From NCBI RefSeq assembly GCF_964355755.1, contig NC_092677.1:9446101-9510100 (forward strand): 64,000 nt of DNA, in the 5' to 3' direction. The position numbers were made by a program, and so were the translations under genes. Under the pieces are notes generated by a model. It was not told where the DNA came from and ran no database searches. It was given only the letters and a program-made list of their open reading frames with translations. Below are positions 40,323 through 54,200 of the stretch, in pieces. The stretch is from Antedon mediterranea (taxonomy: Eukaryota; Animalia; Echinodermata). Every line of letters begins with the position of its first letter. Position 1 is the stretch's first letter.

Positions 40323-43300
40323 TTAGCCAGCGAGCATAAGTAACGTCATTGATTTTTTATTTTAAACGGTAAAATTCAATGCTGAATTTAAAATATAGGT
40401 GTTTATATTCCACATGATTTTAACTTTTTAAACGTTAACATGGTTAAATATTAATTGTGTAATTAATTAATAAATGCATGTGTTACTTTTTTGCAGATGA
40501 CACCACCCGGTAACTCGAACGATATATTTTACGATTTCCAGCCACAAATTAGCCAAGGTAAGGGACACGAACCGGTCAAAAATTTTTACTCCAATTCATG
40601 TTCAATACCTCACCCTACAACATCAGCAGACAATACGCCCTAAATTTAAAATTCCATGACATTTTGTCCTTATTGCCCTGTTAGGTATTAATCCTTTTTG
40701 AAATTAATATATAAATGTGTATGTCCTTGGTGTAGTTTCCTTCCGTTATGTCTAGTATTGTGAATGCAACTCGTTCTCACAGTGATCAAGGGAAACGGAC
40801 AGGCCGTTCTAGTCACGTAGTAAACCAACTAACAATATTATCATTCATTGAAATGTCTATTAAGAAAAGCATTCTTTTTTGTGATGCAAACCTGTGACTC
40901 TCTCACTCTCATCTAGAACATTAATAAAACTAACAATCTGATCACAAGTAGGCCTAATCAAAGGACAGGTCCTTTACAAATATCTCCCTTGTTCGTGATG
41001 CGAACCGGTGACCCCTGACTTTCTACGAAACATTATTGATGCGCTGCACCATTAAGCTTGGTTCCCAGTAGAACGTAACGCAATGACGTAAACGCAACGC
41101 AAGCGCGTTGACCAATGACAAGCGAAATTATAGACAGTTAGCAATCACAAGCGAATAAGCCATCGCTTGTGATTGGTCAATTCACTTGCGTTGCGTTACG
41201 TCCTTGCGTTGCGTCGCTAGTGGGAACCACGCTTTAGTAGAATGTACGTGTTATAAATGTTAGTTAATATTATATAATCATCAATTTCATCATTCGTGGT
41301 TATGACATAGGCCTGGTATTGTGTTCTGGATACACACTGATATACAACCATGTACCCCTTTCACATCGCCTACAGTAGCAAAGGTCCGTAGTTGACACAC
41401 TGGGGGCATCAACACGCATTTTGTTAGCGATGTAAAAGTGGTATAATTATCATTTTAGATAATGATTATTGTTTTATTCATTTATAAACATATTTTCACT
41501 GGATAAAAATATCAACGTTGTCCCACAAAGGGGACATTGTTGATTTTCAAAAGGTCCAGCATAAAACATTACAACATACATATAATACATAGTTTCTTAA
41601 AAATAGTAAAACATTTTGAAATTAAACAGTCAACAAAAATGTTGATTATTATCTTCATTTACGTTATATTACAGTGTTTTCTCCGACTTCTGTTGGTGGA
41701 CTAAATATTGAGGATGTCAATGACGTCATAACACCTAGACTAGACCCTTACATGAGTGATTATGACCAGATGAGTGCTGGTTCGTCGTCACCCAACATGG
41801 ACCCTGAACCGCAGTATCAAAGTAAGCTTTATTTAAAAAATAGTCCTACACAGGTAGCTTACCGTTAAAAAACTAGCAATGCAAGTACTGTACACAAATG
41901 CAATCAAGTAAAAAAGAAAATTGGTAGCCGAAATGTAACACAATCATCTGGGTCAGTAGTAAACATAATATAATTGAAAATTAATAGATGTATTAGTTGT
42001 AATCTTATTGGTTCGTTCTAAATTACTTGGTCAATGTCAGAGGTATTTCTATAAGTAAATGTTTCCTGTATTTACGTTACAGACAATCAACTAACTCAAT
42101 TCAACTACACACAAGGCGGGATCATAGCCTCACAACCGACCATGACCAGCCTTCAATCCAGAACGTACGGCGGCGGTTACCAACACCAGACGAACAACGT
42201 GTACACAACGCAGGCGCAAGGATGCGCACCGACCACGGCAGTCGGAATGACGTCATCACCGGCGTACAACCAAACCTACCACCAGCAAACGCATAACGCG
42301 ATGGTACCGTACAGTGGCGGTATGCGAGCAGTTGATGATATATGGCCAGGTACAACGGTGCCCGTCAGAGAAGACAACATGATCATGAAAACAGGTATGA
42401 CTTGCACGCAGAACTACTACCCTTATTTTCTTTATTGTTTTATTGTGGTGTTGTTGTTTTTTTGCATTGAACCAAACAGTTTGGTCCCCATAACCAAATA
42501 TATTTAATGATGTTTTTCTGTTTTTTCCATCAGAGAAAGAAATGGATATAAAGGTTCGTTACAGGGGCGAGACAGTAATCGACAAAAGAGTTGGAGACTG
42601 TTGTATCTATTCCAAGACTATGCTGCCAGGCCTGGAGCTTCTGACGCCAATTGAGTTACCAGACAGTCAAACGGTGGAATATAAGGTACTAAAACCGTCA
42701 GAGAAACAGAAGGAGCACACTAACACAGTTATTGACAGCATGCTTAAGGGGTAATTTAATATCACACGTAGAAATGCATTATAGCAATTGCACGACGCGT
42801 CACCAAAGAACATCCTCAAACCAAGTTGCGTTCTCAACGCCAATTTACAGTAGGTTGTGAACATGAGCAGATATTCGTTGAGTTTGTTTCTTCGTATTCT
42901 TTGGTGCCGCGTCGTAAGCCCGTATTCACACCTGCTCCGTCACAAACCGCGAAAAAGATATCTATGTTGTTACAAGAAACATTCGTTCACACAACATTCG
43001 AGTGGGGTTTTATTATTTTTAGCTATGAATTGAAGTTCAGTTCGTTAATAGGTCACATCGACACTGTCGATTGTGATTGGTCAACTCGTTGTGTCAACGC
43101 CGTTGCGTTGCGTCTGAACCAAGCTTTACACATTACAAAAAAAAGTGAAAATTCAAATTGATTTGGTTTTTCAGCAGTAGATTAATTTTTTAGGCATAAT
43201 TTGTTTGTTTGAAAAAAAATATCAAAGCAGAACAATTGTTTGTATCAGTATTAGTTTGTGACGTAATAGTTAAACCACCGAAAAACGTTGACGGTGCGAA

Positions 43301-44195
43301 TACGGGTTATATAATTATATATTAATAAATTAACATTATTATTAACCTCTGTTGTACTACTAATTACTATAATTCTCCTAATAGAAAGTCATTGTACCTG
43401 TTCAATAATCGATAAGGCAGGCGACTTTCACAACAGTATGCTCTTAGTCAAATATAGACAAATTGATTGATTCATTTTTGATCGCCAACAACAAAGCATA
43501 GGCCTATTAGGAGATTTGAATCAATGCATTCCAGGACGAAATTACTATATAATTAAATGTATTATTAACTTTGTTTATCTTATAGTTTGATTTTTGAATA
43601 TGACCAGTCAGATCGTTCGTTATACGTGACACGGCATTGCAAAGGCAAGGTTTTCTGTCAGAGTACGCAGTTCCATATCGGCCAATCAGTAATCACATTA
43701 GAGAAGGAGAAAAGATTTAAAATCTTTGATTACAACAAATTCGATTGCGACTTCTACCAGTGGTACAAAGAAGACTATTTGTCCGGCAGCCGTATGCCGA
43801 TTCAGAAACCGGAGATTTTCTTCAGCGTTGCTCAAAAGTGGCAACCACCGTGCGCGGTTCTGGACGAAGACGCGTCATCGTCTGCTGATAATGGACTCGT
43901 GTTGGATGATTGTCTGCTTTCTATCATTATCCAACCGGTTTCTGCCAATGAAAACATCGAAGCAGTTGATAAAAAGAATCTTTCTGACCAAACTCCTACT
44001 GGTGTAAAGATGAAACATCTTTTATATTCGAATGATGATCAGCAGTTTGTCTCTGATAACTCGAATGTCCAGTACGCAAATGGGTATTACCCACAATACC
44101 GTCCATATGATGCATACAACAACGGAAGTCAACCAGTTACCCCCAGTAACAATACGCATGTTCAACAACATGTAATAACGCAGCTAACGCCTTAG
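35410..44195 (+). CDS. IRF: Interferon regulatory factor, IRF4/8-like, 637 aa (DBD + linker + IAD), whole gene
   Basis: join(35410..35604,37670..37850,39756..39838,40126..40233,40497..40557,41675..41821,42083..42394,42534..42750,43586..44195) = 1914 nt; all introns GT-AG and phase-consistent. Five-Trp DBD with WKHAGKQDY, WKTRLR.ALNK and QLDI.EPYRVY (IRF4/8/9-type); C-terminal IAD. Confidence 0.92.
35808..35867 (-). mobile_element. L2/SINE-type 3' tail fragment
   Basis: Minus strand AAGCGCCTTGAGCAC...GCGCTTTATAAAT followed by short ATCTT repeats; related fragment at ~16170-16192. Confidence 0.4.
37670..37850 (+). CDS. IRF: IRF coding exon 2 (DBD C-half)
   Basis: EWSLHTGKY...AVWKTRLRTALNKLPDIEEV..QLDIPEPYRVYRLLP; TTCCAG| acceptor, C|GTAAGT donor. 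Confidence 0.95.
39756..39838 (+). CDS. IRF: IRF coding exon 3 (linker)
   Basis: TGTAG| acceptor phase 1; PSSMPLTQR...YHPYQRLDQTN; |GTACGT donor phase 0. Confidence 0.75.
40126..40233 (+). CDS. IRF: IRF coding exon 4 (linker)
   Basis: TTACAG| ... CAG|GTAAGA; 36 open codons, phase 0-0. Confidence 0.8.
40497..40557 (+). CDS. IRF: IRF coding exon 5 (linker)
   Basis: TTGCAG| MTPPGNSNDIFYDFQPQISQ G|GTAAGG, phase 0-1. Confidence 0.8.
41055..41233. mobile_element. PIF/Harbinger (Tourist-like) MITE, family B, full length
   Basis: TIRs AGCTTGGTTCCCA / TGGGAACCACGCT, TTA target duplication on both sides, near-palindromic body. Partial copies at ~26310, ~31050, ~43065 and ~57550. Confidence 0.85.
41675..41821 (+). 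CDS. IRF: IRF coding exon 6 (linker)
   Basis: TTACAG| VFSPTSVGGLNIEDV...PEPQYQ A|GTAAGC, phase 1-1. Confidence 0.8.
42083..42394 (+). CDS. IRF: IRF coding exon 7 (Q/T/Y-rich linker)
   Basis: TTACAG| NNQLTQFNYTQGG...DNMIMKT G|GTATGA, phase 1-1. Confidence 0.85.
42534..42750 (+). CDS. IRF: IRF coding exon 8 (IAD N-part)
   Basis: EKEMDIKVRYRGETV...IELP...SEKQKEHTNTVIDSMLKG; phase 1-2. Confidence 0.9.
43065..43128. mobile_element. Partial MITE family B (right arm)
   Basis: TTGTGATTGGTCAACTCG...TTGCGTTGCGTCTGAACCAAGCTTTA. Confidence 0.6.
43586..44195 (+). CDS. IRF: IRF coding exon 9 (IAD C-part and tail)
   Basis: LIFEY...LYVTRHCKGKVF...KIFDY.KF...IFFSVAQKWQP...DCLLSIIIQP; TAG 44193-44195; AATAAA at ~44399, 44821 and 44944. 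Confidence 0.92.
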
Positions 44196-45218
44196 ATACA
44201 CTTAGTGAATTTAATCTGTTCATACTATATATTTGTAGGCCCTATGCTCAGAATTTAAGAGCAAAGCAAATGTTGTTTGTAGGGAACTCTACAATATCTC
44301 TATAGTCAGGTTGTAAATGTTTTAGGTTCCTGGTATTTGAGTGTGGGATAAAAAACGTGTAAATAGTACTGATGGTGTAAATTTAATTAGAACAACTCAA
44401 TAAATTATTTAGTACTTACTTATTATATTTAGTACTAGCTAATTGTGTCCAGACAGACAGAGAAGAGTGAATCACCTTTGTCTAGGTTAACTATATAATT
44501 GTTTATACACTGGCAAAACACTGCCATTGCAAAAAAAAAAATTTAAAATGGCGGCTGGTATAAAACGTTGCAGTACATAGGAATTTATTTGTGTTTGATT
44601 CCTTAAACAAATGTATGGACCGCGCTTAGTCAATAGTGATACACAGTAGGGGAACCTTTCAACTAAATATTGTAAAATACCATATATAAAACGTGTTTTA
44701 TCTATGTTCTTTGTATTTAATTTCCCCTTATAACAATGTACATTTGTATATAGATGCTGTATATTTAAAACAAACATACCATAGTCAATACAAATGAAGT
44801 TTGATGATCAATTTATGCTGAATAAATTATGTAAATGAGGGATACGCAAATAAGGGAATATTTTAAACGAATTAAAACAATTACATTTTGCAAGAAAATG
44901 TTCGCATTGAATTAAATAGACGTAAAGATATTGTTTTAGTCTAAATAAAGCTATAGTCTAGTTATGTCATAAATAAAAGGGTCGAATTTTTGCAAATTTT
45001 TCGAAGAATTGCCAAATTTAGACTCTTTTTTTTCGACATAACTAGTAACTATGGCCCTATAAGATGATGATTACACAATATATGAGCATATATGACAATA
45101 TTATCGCAATTTTAAAAAGTGGCAAGGCCAAAATATCAAGTTTTTAAAATTTATTGATGTATATGATCATATATTGCTTTATGATCATCTTATAATACCA
45201 TAGAACCCAGTTAAGCCG

Positions 45219-48200
45219 AAAAATAAAAAGGTCGAAAATTGGCCATATATCGAAAAATCCCTGTACTATAGTACAGGGAAATTTTCGAAAAATGATCGAT
45301 TTTCGACCTTTTTATTTTTTGACATAAATCGTTACTATTGCATAATAAACATGCGCAGAGGCGAATAATGGGTTCTGCGCATGTCAATTGTGCTATAGTA
45401 ACCAGTTTTGACATAAATGGTTACTATACCATAATAAACATGCGCAGAGGCGAATAATGGGTTCTGCGCATGTTAATTGTGCTATAGTAACCAGTTTTAT
45501 CGAAAAATAAAAACATCGAAAATTGGCCATTTTTTGAAAAAATCCCTGTACTATAGTACAGGGAAATTTTCGAAAAATGATCGATTTTCGACCCTTTTAT
45601 TTTTTGACATAAATCGTTACTATTGCATAATAAACATGCGCAGAGTCGAATAATGGGTTCTGCGCATGTCAATTGTGATATAGTAACCAGTTTTGACATA
45701 AATGGTTACTATAGCATAATAAACATGCGCAGAGGCAAATAATGGGTTCTGCGCATGTCAATTGTGCTATAGTAACCAGTTTTGACATAAATGGTTACTA
45801 TACCATAATAAACATGCGCAGAGGCGAATAATGGGTTCTGCGCATGTTAATTGTGCTATAGTAACCAGTTTTATCGAAAAATAAAAACATCGAAAATTGG
45901 CCATTTTTTGAAAAAATCCCTGTACTATAGTACAGGGAAATTTTCGAAAAATGATCGATTTTCGACCCTTTTATTTTTTGACATAAATCGTTACTATTGC
46001 ATAATAAACATGCGCAGAGTCGAATAATGGGTTCTGCGCATGTCAATTGTGATATAGTAACCAGTTTTGACATAAATGGTTACTATAGCATAATAAACAT
46101 GCGCAGAGGCAAATAATGGGTTCTGTGCATGTTAATTGTGCTATAGTAACCAGTTTTATCGAAAAATAAAAACATCGAAAATTGGCCATTTTTTTGAAAA
46201 AAATGCCTGTACTATAGTACAGGGAAATTTTCGAAAAATGATCGATTTTCGACACTTTTATTTTTTGACATAAATCGTTACTATTGCATAATAAACATGC
46301 GCAGAGTCGAATAATGGATTCTGCGCATGTCAATTGTGCTATAGTAACCAGTTTTGACATAAATGGTTACTATAGCATAATAAACATGCGCAGAGGCAAA
46401 TAATGGGTTCTGCGCATGTTAATTGTGCTATAGTAACCAGTTTTATCAAAAAATAAAAACATCGAAAATTGGCCATTTTTTGAAAAAATCCCTGTACTAT
46501 AGTACAGGGAAATTTTCGAAAAATGATCGATTTTCGACCCTTTTATTTTTTGACATAAATCGTTACTATTGCATAATAAACATGCGCAGAGTCGAATAAT
46601 GGGTTCTGCGCATGTCAATTGTGATATAGTAACCAGTTTTGACATAAATGGTTACTATAGCATAATAAACATGCGCAGAGGCAAATAATGGGTTCTGCGC
46701 ATGTCAATTGTGCTATAGTAACCAGTTTTGACATAAATGGTTACTATACCATAATAAACATGCGCAGAGGCGAATAATGGGTTCTGCGCATGTAAATTGT
46801 GCTATAGTAACCAGTTTTATCGAAAAATAAAAACATCGAAAATTGGCCATTTTTTGAAAAAATCCCTGTACTATAGTACAGGGAAATTTTCGAAAAATGA
46901 TCGATTTTCGACCCTTTTATTTTTTGACATAAATCGTTACTATTGCATAATAAACATGCGCAGAGTCGAATAATGGGTTCTGCGCATGTCAATTGTGATA
47001 TAGTAACCAGTTTTGACATAAATGGTTACTATAGCATAATAAACATGCGCAGAGGCAAATAATGGGTTCTGCGCATGTTAATTGTGCTATAGTAACCAGT
47101 TTTATCGAAAAATAAAAACATCGAAAATTGGCCATTTTTTTGAAAAAAATGCCTGTACTATAGTACAGGGAAATTTTCGAAAAATGATCGATTTTCGACA
47201 CTTTTATTTTTTGACATAAATCGTTACTATTGCATAATAAACATGCGCAGAGTCGAATAATGGATTCTGCGCATGTCAATTGTGCTATAGTAACCAGTTT
47301 TGACATAAATGGTTACTATAGCATAATAAACATGCGCAGAGGCAAATAATGGGTTCTGCGCATGTTAATTGTGCTATAGTAACCAGTTTTATCAAAAAAT
47401 AAAAACATCGAAAATTGGCCATTTTTTGAAAAAATCCCTGTACTATAGTACAGGGAAATTTTCGATAAATTGCCGATTTTCGACCCTTTCATTTTTTGAC
47501 ATAAATCGTTACTATTGCATAATAAACATGCGCAGAGTCGAATAATGGGTTCTGCGCATGTCAATTGTGCTATAGTAACCAGTTTTGACATAAATGGTTA
47601 CTATAGCATAATAAACATGCGCAGAGGCGAATAATGGGTTCTGCGCATGTTAATTGTGCTATAGTAACCAGTTTTATCGAAAAATAAAAACATCGAAAAT
47701 TGGCCATTTTTTGAAAAAATCCTGTATAGTACAGGGAAATTTTCAAAAAATGATCGATTTTCGACCTTTTTATTTTTTGACATAAATCGTTACTATTGCA
47801 TAATAAACATGCGCAGAGCCGAATAATGGGGTCTGCGCATGTCAACTGTGCTATAGTAACCAGTTTTGACATAAATGGTTACTATAGCATAATAAACATG
47901 CGCATAGGCGAATAATGGGTTCTGCGCATGTTAATTGTGCTATAGTAACCAGTTTTATCGAAAAATAAAAACATCGAAAATTGGCCATTTTTTGAAAAAA
48001 TCCCTGTACTGTACAGGGAAATTTTCGAAAAATGATCGATTTTCGACTCTTTTATTTTTTGACATAAATCGTTACTATTGCATAATAAACATGCGCAGAG
48101 GCGAATAATGGGTTCTGCACATGTCAATTGTGCTATAGTAACCAGTTTTTATATAAATGGGTACTATAGCATAATAAACATGCGCAGAGGCAAATAATGG

Positions 48201-51200
48201 GTTCTGCGCATGTTAATTGTGCTATAGTAACCAGTTTTATCGAAAAATAAAAACATCGAAAATTGGCCATTTTTTGAAAAAATCCCTGTACTATAAGTAC
48301 AGGGAAATTTTCGATAAATTGCCGATTTTCGACCCTTTTATTTTTTGACATAAATCGTTACTATTGCATAATAAACATGCGCAGAGTCGAATAATGGGTT
48401 CTGCGCATGTCAATTGTGCTATAGTAACCAGTTTTGACATAAATGGTTACTATAGCATAATAAACATGCGCAGAGGCGAATAATGGGTTCTGCGCATGTT
48501 AATTGTGCTATAGTAACCAGTTTTATCGAAAAATAAAAACATCGAAAATTGGCCATTTTTTGAAAAAATCCTGTATAGTACAGGGAAATTTTCGAAAAAT
48601 GATCGATTTTCGACCTTTTTATTTTTTGACATAAATCGTTACTATTGCATAATAAACATGCGCAGAGCCGAATAATGGGTTCTGCGCATGTCAACTGTGC
48701 TATAGTAACCAGTTTTGACATAAATGGTTACTATAGCATAATAAACATGCGCATAGGCGAATAATGGGTTCTGCGCATGTTAATTGTGCTATAGTAACCA
48801 GTTTTATCGAAAAATAAAAACATCGAAAATTGGCCATTTTTTGAAAAAATCCCTGTACTATAGTACAGGGAAATTTTCGATAAATTGCCGATTTTCGACC
48901 CTTTTATTTTTTGACATAAATCGTTACTATTGCATAATAAACATGCGCAGAGTCGAATAATGGGTTCTGCGCATGTCAATTGTGCTATAGTAACCAGTTT
49001 TGACATAAATGGTTACTATAGCAGAATAAACATGCGCAGAGGCGAATAATGGGTTCTGCGCATGTTAATTGTGCTATAGTAACCAGTTTTATCGAAAAAT
49101 AAAAACATCGAAAATTGGCCATTTTTTGAAAAAATCCTGTATAGTACAGGGAAATTTTCAAAAAATGATCGATTTTCCGACCTTTTTATTTTTTGACATA
49201 AATCGTTACTATTGCATAATAAACATGCGCAGAGCCGAATAATGGGTTCTGCGCATGTCAACTGTGCTATAGTAACCAGTTTTGACATAAATGGTTACTA
49301 TAGCATAATAAACATGCGCATAGGCGAATAATGGGTTCTGCGCATGTTAATTGTGCTATAGTAACCAGTTTTATCGAAAAATAAAAACATCGAAAATTGG
49401 CCATTTTTTGAAAAAATCCCTGTACTATAGTACAGGGAAATTTTCGATAAATTGCCGATTTTCGACCCTTTTATTTTTTGACATAAATCGTTACTATTGC
49501 ATAATAAACATGCGCAGAGTCGAATAATGGGTTCTGCGCATGTCAATTGTGCTATAGTAACCAGTTTTGACATAAATGGTTACTATAGCAGAATAAACAT
49601 GCGCAGAGGCGAATAATGGGTTCTGCGCATGTTAATTGTGCTATAGTAACCAGTTTTATCGAAAAATAAAAACATCGAAAATTGGCCATTTTTTGAAAAA
49701 ATCCTGTATAGTACAGGGAAATTTTCAAAAAATGATCGATTTTCCGACCTTTTTATTTTTTGACATAAATCGTTACTATTGCATAATAAACATGCGCAGA
49801 GCCGAATAATGGGTTCTGCGCATGTCAACTGTGCTATAGTAACCAGTTTTGACATAAATGGTTACTATAGCATAATAAACATGCGCATAGGCGAATAATG
49901 GGTTCTGCGCATGTTAATTGTGCTATAGTAACCAGTTTTATCGAAAAATAAAAACATCGAAAATTGGCCATTTTTTGAAAAAATCCATGTACTATAGTAC
50001 AGGGAAATTTTCGATAAATTGCCGATTTTCGACCCTTTTATTTTTTGACATAAATCGTTACTATTGCATAATAAACATGCGCAGAGTCGAATAATGGGTT
50101 CTGCGCATGTCAATTGTGCTATAGTAACCAGTTTTGACATAAATGGTTACTATAGCATAATAAACATGCGCAGAGGCGAATAATGGGTTCTGCGCATGTT
50201 AATTGTGCTATAGTAACCAGTTTTATCGAAAAATAAAAACATCGAAAATTGGCCATTTTTTGAAAAAATCCTATATAGTACAGGGAAATTTTCGAAAAAT
50301 GATCGATTTTCGACCTTTTTATTTTTTGACATAAATCGTTACTATTGCATAATAAACATGCGCAGAGCCGAATAATGGGTTCTGCGCATGTCAACTGTGC
50401 TATAGTAACCAGTTTAAACATAAATGGTTACTATAGCATAATAAACATGCGCATAGGCGAATAATGGGTTCTGCGCATGTTAATTGTGCTATAGTAACCA
50501 GTTTTATCGAAAAATAAAAACATCGAAAATTGGCCATTTTTTGAAAAAATCCCTGTACTGTACAGGGAAATTTTCGAAAAATGATCGATTTTCGACTCTT
50601 TTATTTTTTGACATAAATCGTTACTATTGCATAATAAACATGCGCAGAGGCGAATAATGGGTTCTGCACATGTCAATTGTGCTATAGTAACCAGTTTTTA
50701 TATAAATGGTTACTATAGCATAATAAACATGCGCAGAGGCAAATAATGGGTTCTGCGCATGTTAATTGTGCTATAGTAACCAGTTTTATCGAAAAATAAA
50801 AACATCGAAAATTGGCCATTTTTTGAAAAAATCCCTGTACTATAAGTACAGGGAAATTTTCGATAAATTGCCGATTTTCGACCCTTTTATTTTTTGACAT
50901 AAATCGTTACTATTGCATAATAAACATGCACAGACTCGAATAATGGGTTCTGCGCATGTCAATTGTGCTATAGTAACCAGTTTTGACATAAATGGTTACT
51001 ATAGCATAATAAACATGCGCAGAGGCGAATAATGGGTTCTGCGCATGTTAATTGTGCTATAGTAACCAGTTTTATCGAAAAATAAAAACATCGAAAATTG
51101 GCCATTTTTTGAAAAAATCCTGTATAGTACAGGGAAATTTTCGAAAAATGATCGATTTTCGACCTTTTTATTTTTTGACATAAATCGTTACTATTGCATA

Positions 51201-54200
51201 ATAAACATGCGCAGAGCCGAATAATGGGTTCTGCGCATGTCAACTGTGCTATAGTAACCAGTTTTGACATAAATGGTTACTATAGCATAATAAACATGCG
51301 CATAGGCGAATAATGGGTTCTGCGCATGTTAATTGTGCTATAGTAACCAGTTTTATCGAAAAATAAAAACATCGAAAATTGGCCATTTTTTGAAAAAATC
51401 CCTGTACTGTACAGGGAAATTTTCGAAAAATGATCGATTTTCGACTCTTTTATTTTTTGACATAAATCGTTACTATTGCATAATAAACATGCGCAGAGGC
51501 GAATAATGGGTTCTGCACATGTCAATTGTGCTATAGTAACCAGTTTTTATATAAATGGTTACTATAGCATAATAAACATGCGCATAGGCGAATAATGGGT
51601 TCTGCGCATGTTAATTGTGCTATAGTAACCAGTTTTATCGAAAAATAAAAAACATCGAAAATTGGCCATTTTTTGAAAAAATCCCTGTACTATAGTACAG
51701 GGAAATTTTCGAAAAATGATCGATTTTCGACCCTTTTATTTTTTGACATAAATCGTTACTATTGCATAATAAACATGCGCAGAGTCGAATAATGGGTTCT
51801 GCGCATGTCAATTGTGATATAGTAACCAGTTTTGACATAAATGGTTACTATAGCATAATAAACATGCGCAGAGGCAAATAATGGGTTCTGCGCATGTTAA
51901 TTGTGCTATAGTAACCAGTTTTATCGAAAAATAAAAACATTGAAAATTGGCCATTTTTTTGAAAAAATGCCTGTACTATAGTACAGGGAAATTTTCGAAA
52001 AATGATCGATTTTCGACACTTTTATTTTTTGACATAAATCGTTACTATTGCATAATAAACATGCGCAGAGTCGAATAATGGATTCTGCGCATGTCAATTG
52101 TGCTATAGTAACCAGTTTTGACATAAATGGTTACTATAGCATAATAAACATGCGCAGAGGCAAATAATGGGTTCTGCGCATGTTAATTGTGCTATAGTAA
52201 CCAGTTTTATCGAAAAATAAAAACATCGAAAATTGGCCATTTTTTGAAAAAATCCCTGTACTATAGTACAGGGAAATTTTCGATAAATTGCCGATTTTCG
52301 ACCCTTTTATTTTTTGACATAAATCGTTACTATTGCATAATAAACATGCGCAGAGTCGAATAATGGGTTCTGCGCATGTCAATTGTGCTATAGTAACCAG
52401 TTTTGACATAAATGGTTACTATAGCATAATAAACATGCGCAGAGGCGAATAATGGGTTCTGCGCATGTTAATTGTGCTATAGTAACCAGTTTTATCGAAA
52501 AATAAAAACATCGAAAATTTGCCATTTTTTGAAAAAATCCCTGTATAGTACAGGGAAATTTTCGAAAAATGATCGATTTTCGACCTTTTTATTTTTTGAC
52601 ATAAATCGTTACTATTGCATAATAAACATGCGCAGAGGCGAATAATGGGTTCTGCACATGTCAATTGTGCTATAGTAACCAGTTTTTGTATAAATGGTTA
52701 CTATAGCATAATAAACATGCGCAGAGGCAAATAATGGGTTCTGCGCATGTTAATTGTGCTATAGTAACCAGTTTTATCGAAAAATAAAAACATCGAAAAT
52801 TGGCCATTTTTTGAAAAAATCCCTGTACTATAAGTACAGGGAAATTTTCGATAAATTGCCGATTTTCGACCCTTTTATTTTTTGACATAAATCGTTACTA
52901 TTGCATAATAAACATGCACAGACTCGAATAATGGGTTCTGCGCATGTCAATTGTGCTATAGTAACCAGTTTTGACATAAATGGTTACTATAGCATAATAA
53001 ACATGCGCAGAGGCGAATAATGGGTTCTGCGCATGTTAATTGTGCTATAGTAACCAGTTTTATCGAAAAATAAAAACATCGAAAATTGGCCATTTTTTGA
53101 AAAAATCCTGTATAGTACAGGGAAATTTTCGAAAAATGATCGATTTTCGACCTTTTTATTTTTTGACATAAATCGTTACTATTGCATAATAAACATGCGC
53201 AGAGCCGAATAATGGGTTCTGCGCATGTCAACTGTGCTATATGAAACCAGTTTTGACATAAATGGTTACTATAGCATAATAAACATGCGCATAGGCGAAT
53301 AATGGGTTCTGCGCATGTTAATTGTGCTATAGTAACCAGTTTTATCGAAAAATAAAAACATCGAAAATTGGCTATTTTTTGAAAAAATCCCTGTACTGTA
53401 CAGGGAAATTTTCGAAAAATGATCGATTTTCGACTCTTTTATTTTTTGACATAAATCGTTACTATTGCATAATAAACATGCGCAGAGGCGAATAATGGGT
53501 TCTGCACATGTCAATTGTGCTATAGTAACCAGTTTTTATATAAATGGTTACTATAGCATAATAAACATGCGCATAGGCGAATAATGGGTTCTGCGCATGT
53601 TAATTGTGCTATAGTAACCAGTTTTATCGAAAAATAAAAAACATCGAAAATTGGCCATTTTTTGAAAAAATCCCTGTACTATAGTACAGGGAAATTTTCG
53701 AAAAATGATCGATTTTCGACCCTTTTATTTTTTGACATAAATCGTTACTATTGCATAATAAACATGCGCAGAGTCGAATAATGGGTTCTGCGCATGTCAA
53801 TTGTGATATAGTAACCAGTTTTGACATAAATGGTTACTATAGCATAATAAACATGCGCAGAGGCAAATAATGGGTTCTGCGCATGTTAATTGTGCTATAG
53901 TAACCAGTTTTATCGAAAAATAAAAACATTGAAAATTGGCCATTTTTTTGAAAAAATGCCTGTACTATAGTACAGGGAAATTTTCGAAAAATGATCGATT
54001 TTCGACACTTTTATTTTTTGACATAAATCGTTACTATTGCATAATAAACATGCGCAGAGTCGAATAATGGATTCTGCGCATGTCAATTGTGCTATAGTAA
54101 CCAGTTTTGACATAAATGGTTACTATAGCATAATAAACATGCGCAGAGGCAAATAATGGGTTCTGCGCATGTTAATTGTGCTATAGTAACCAGTTTTGAC

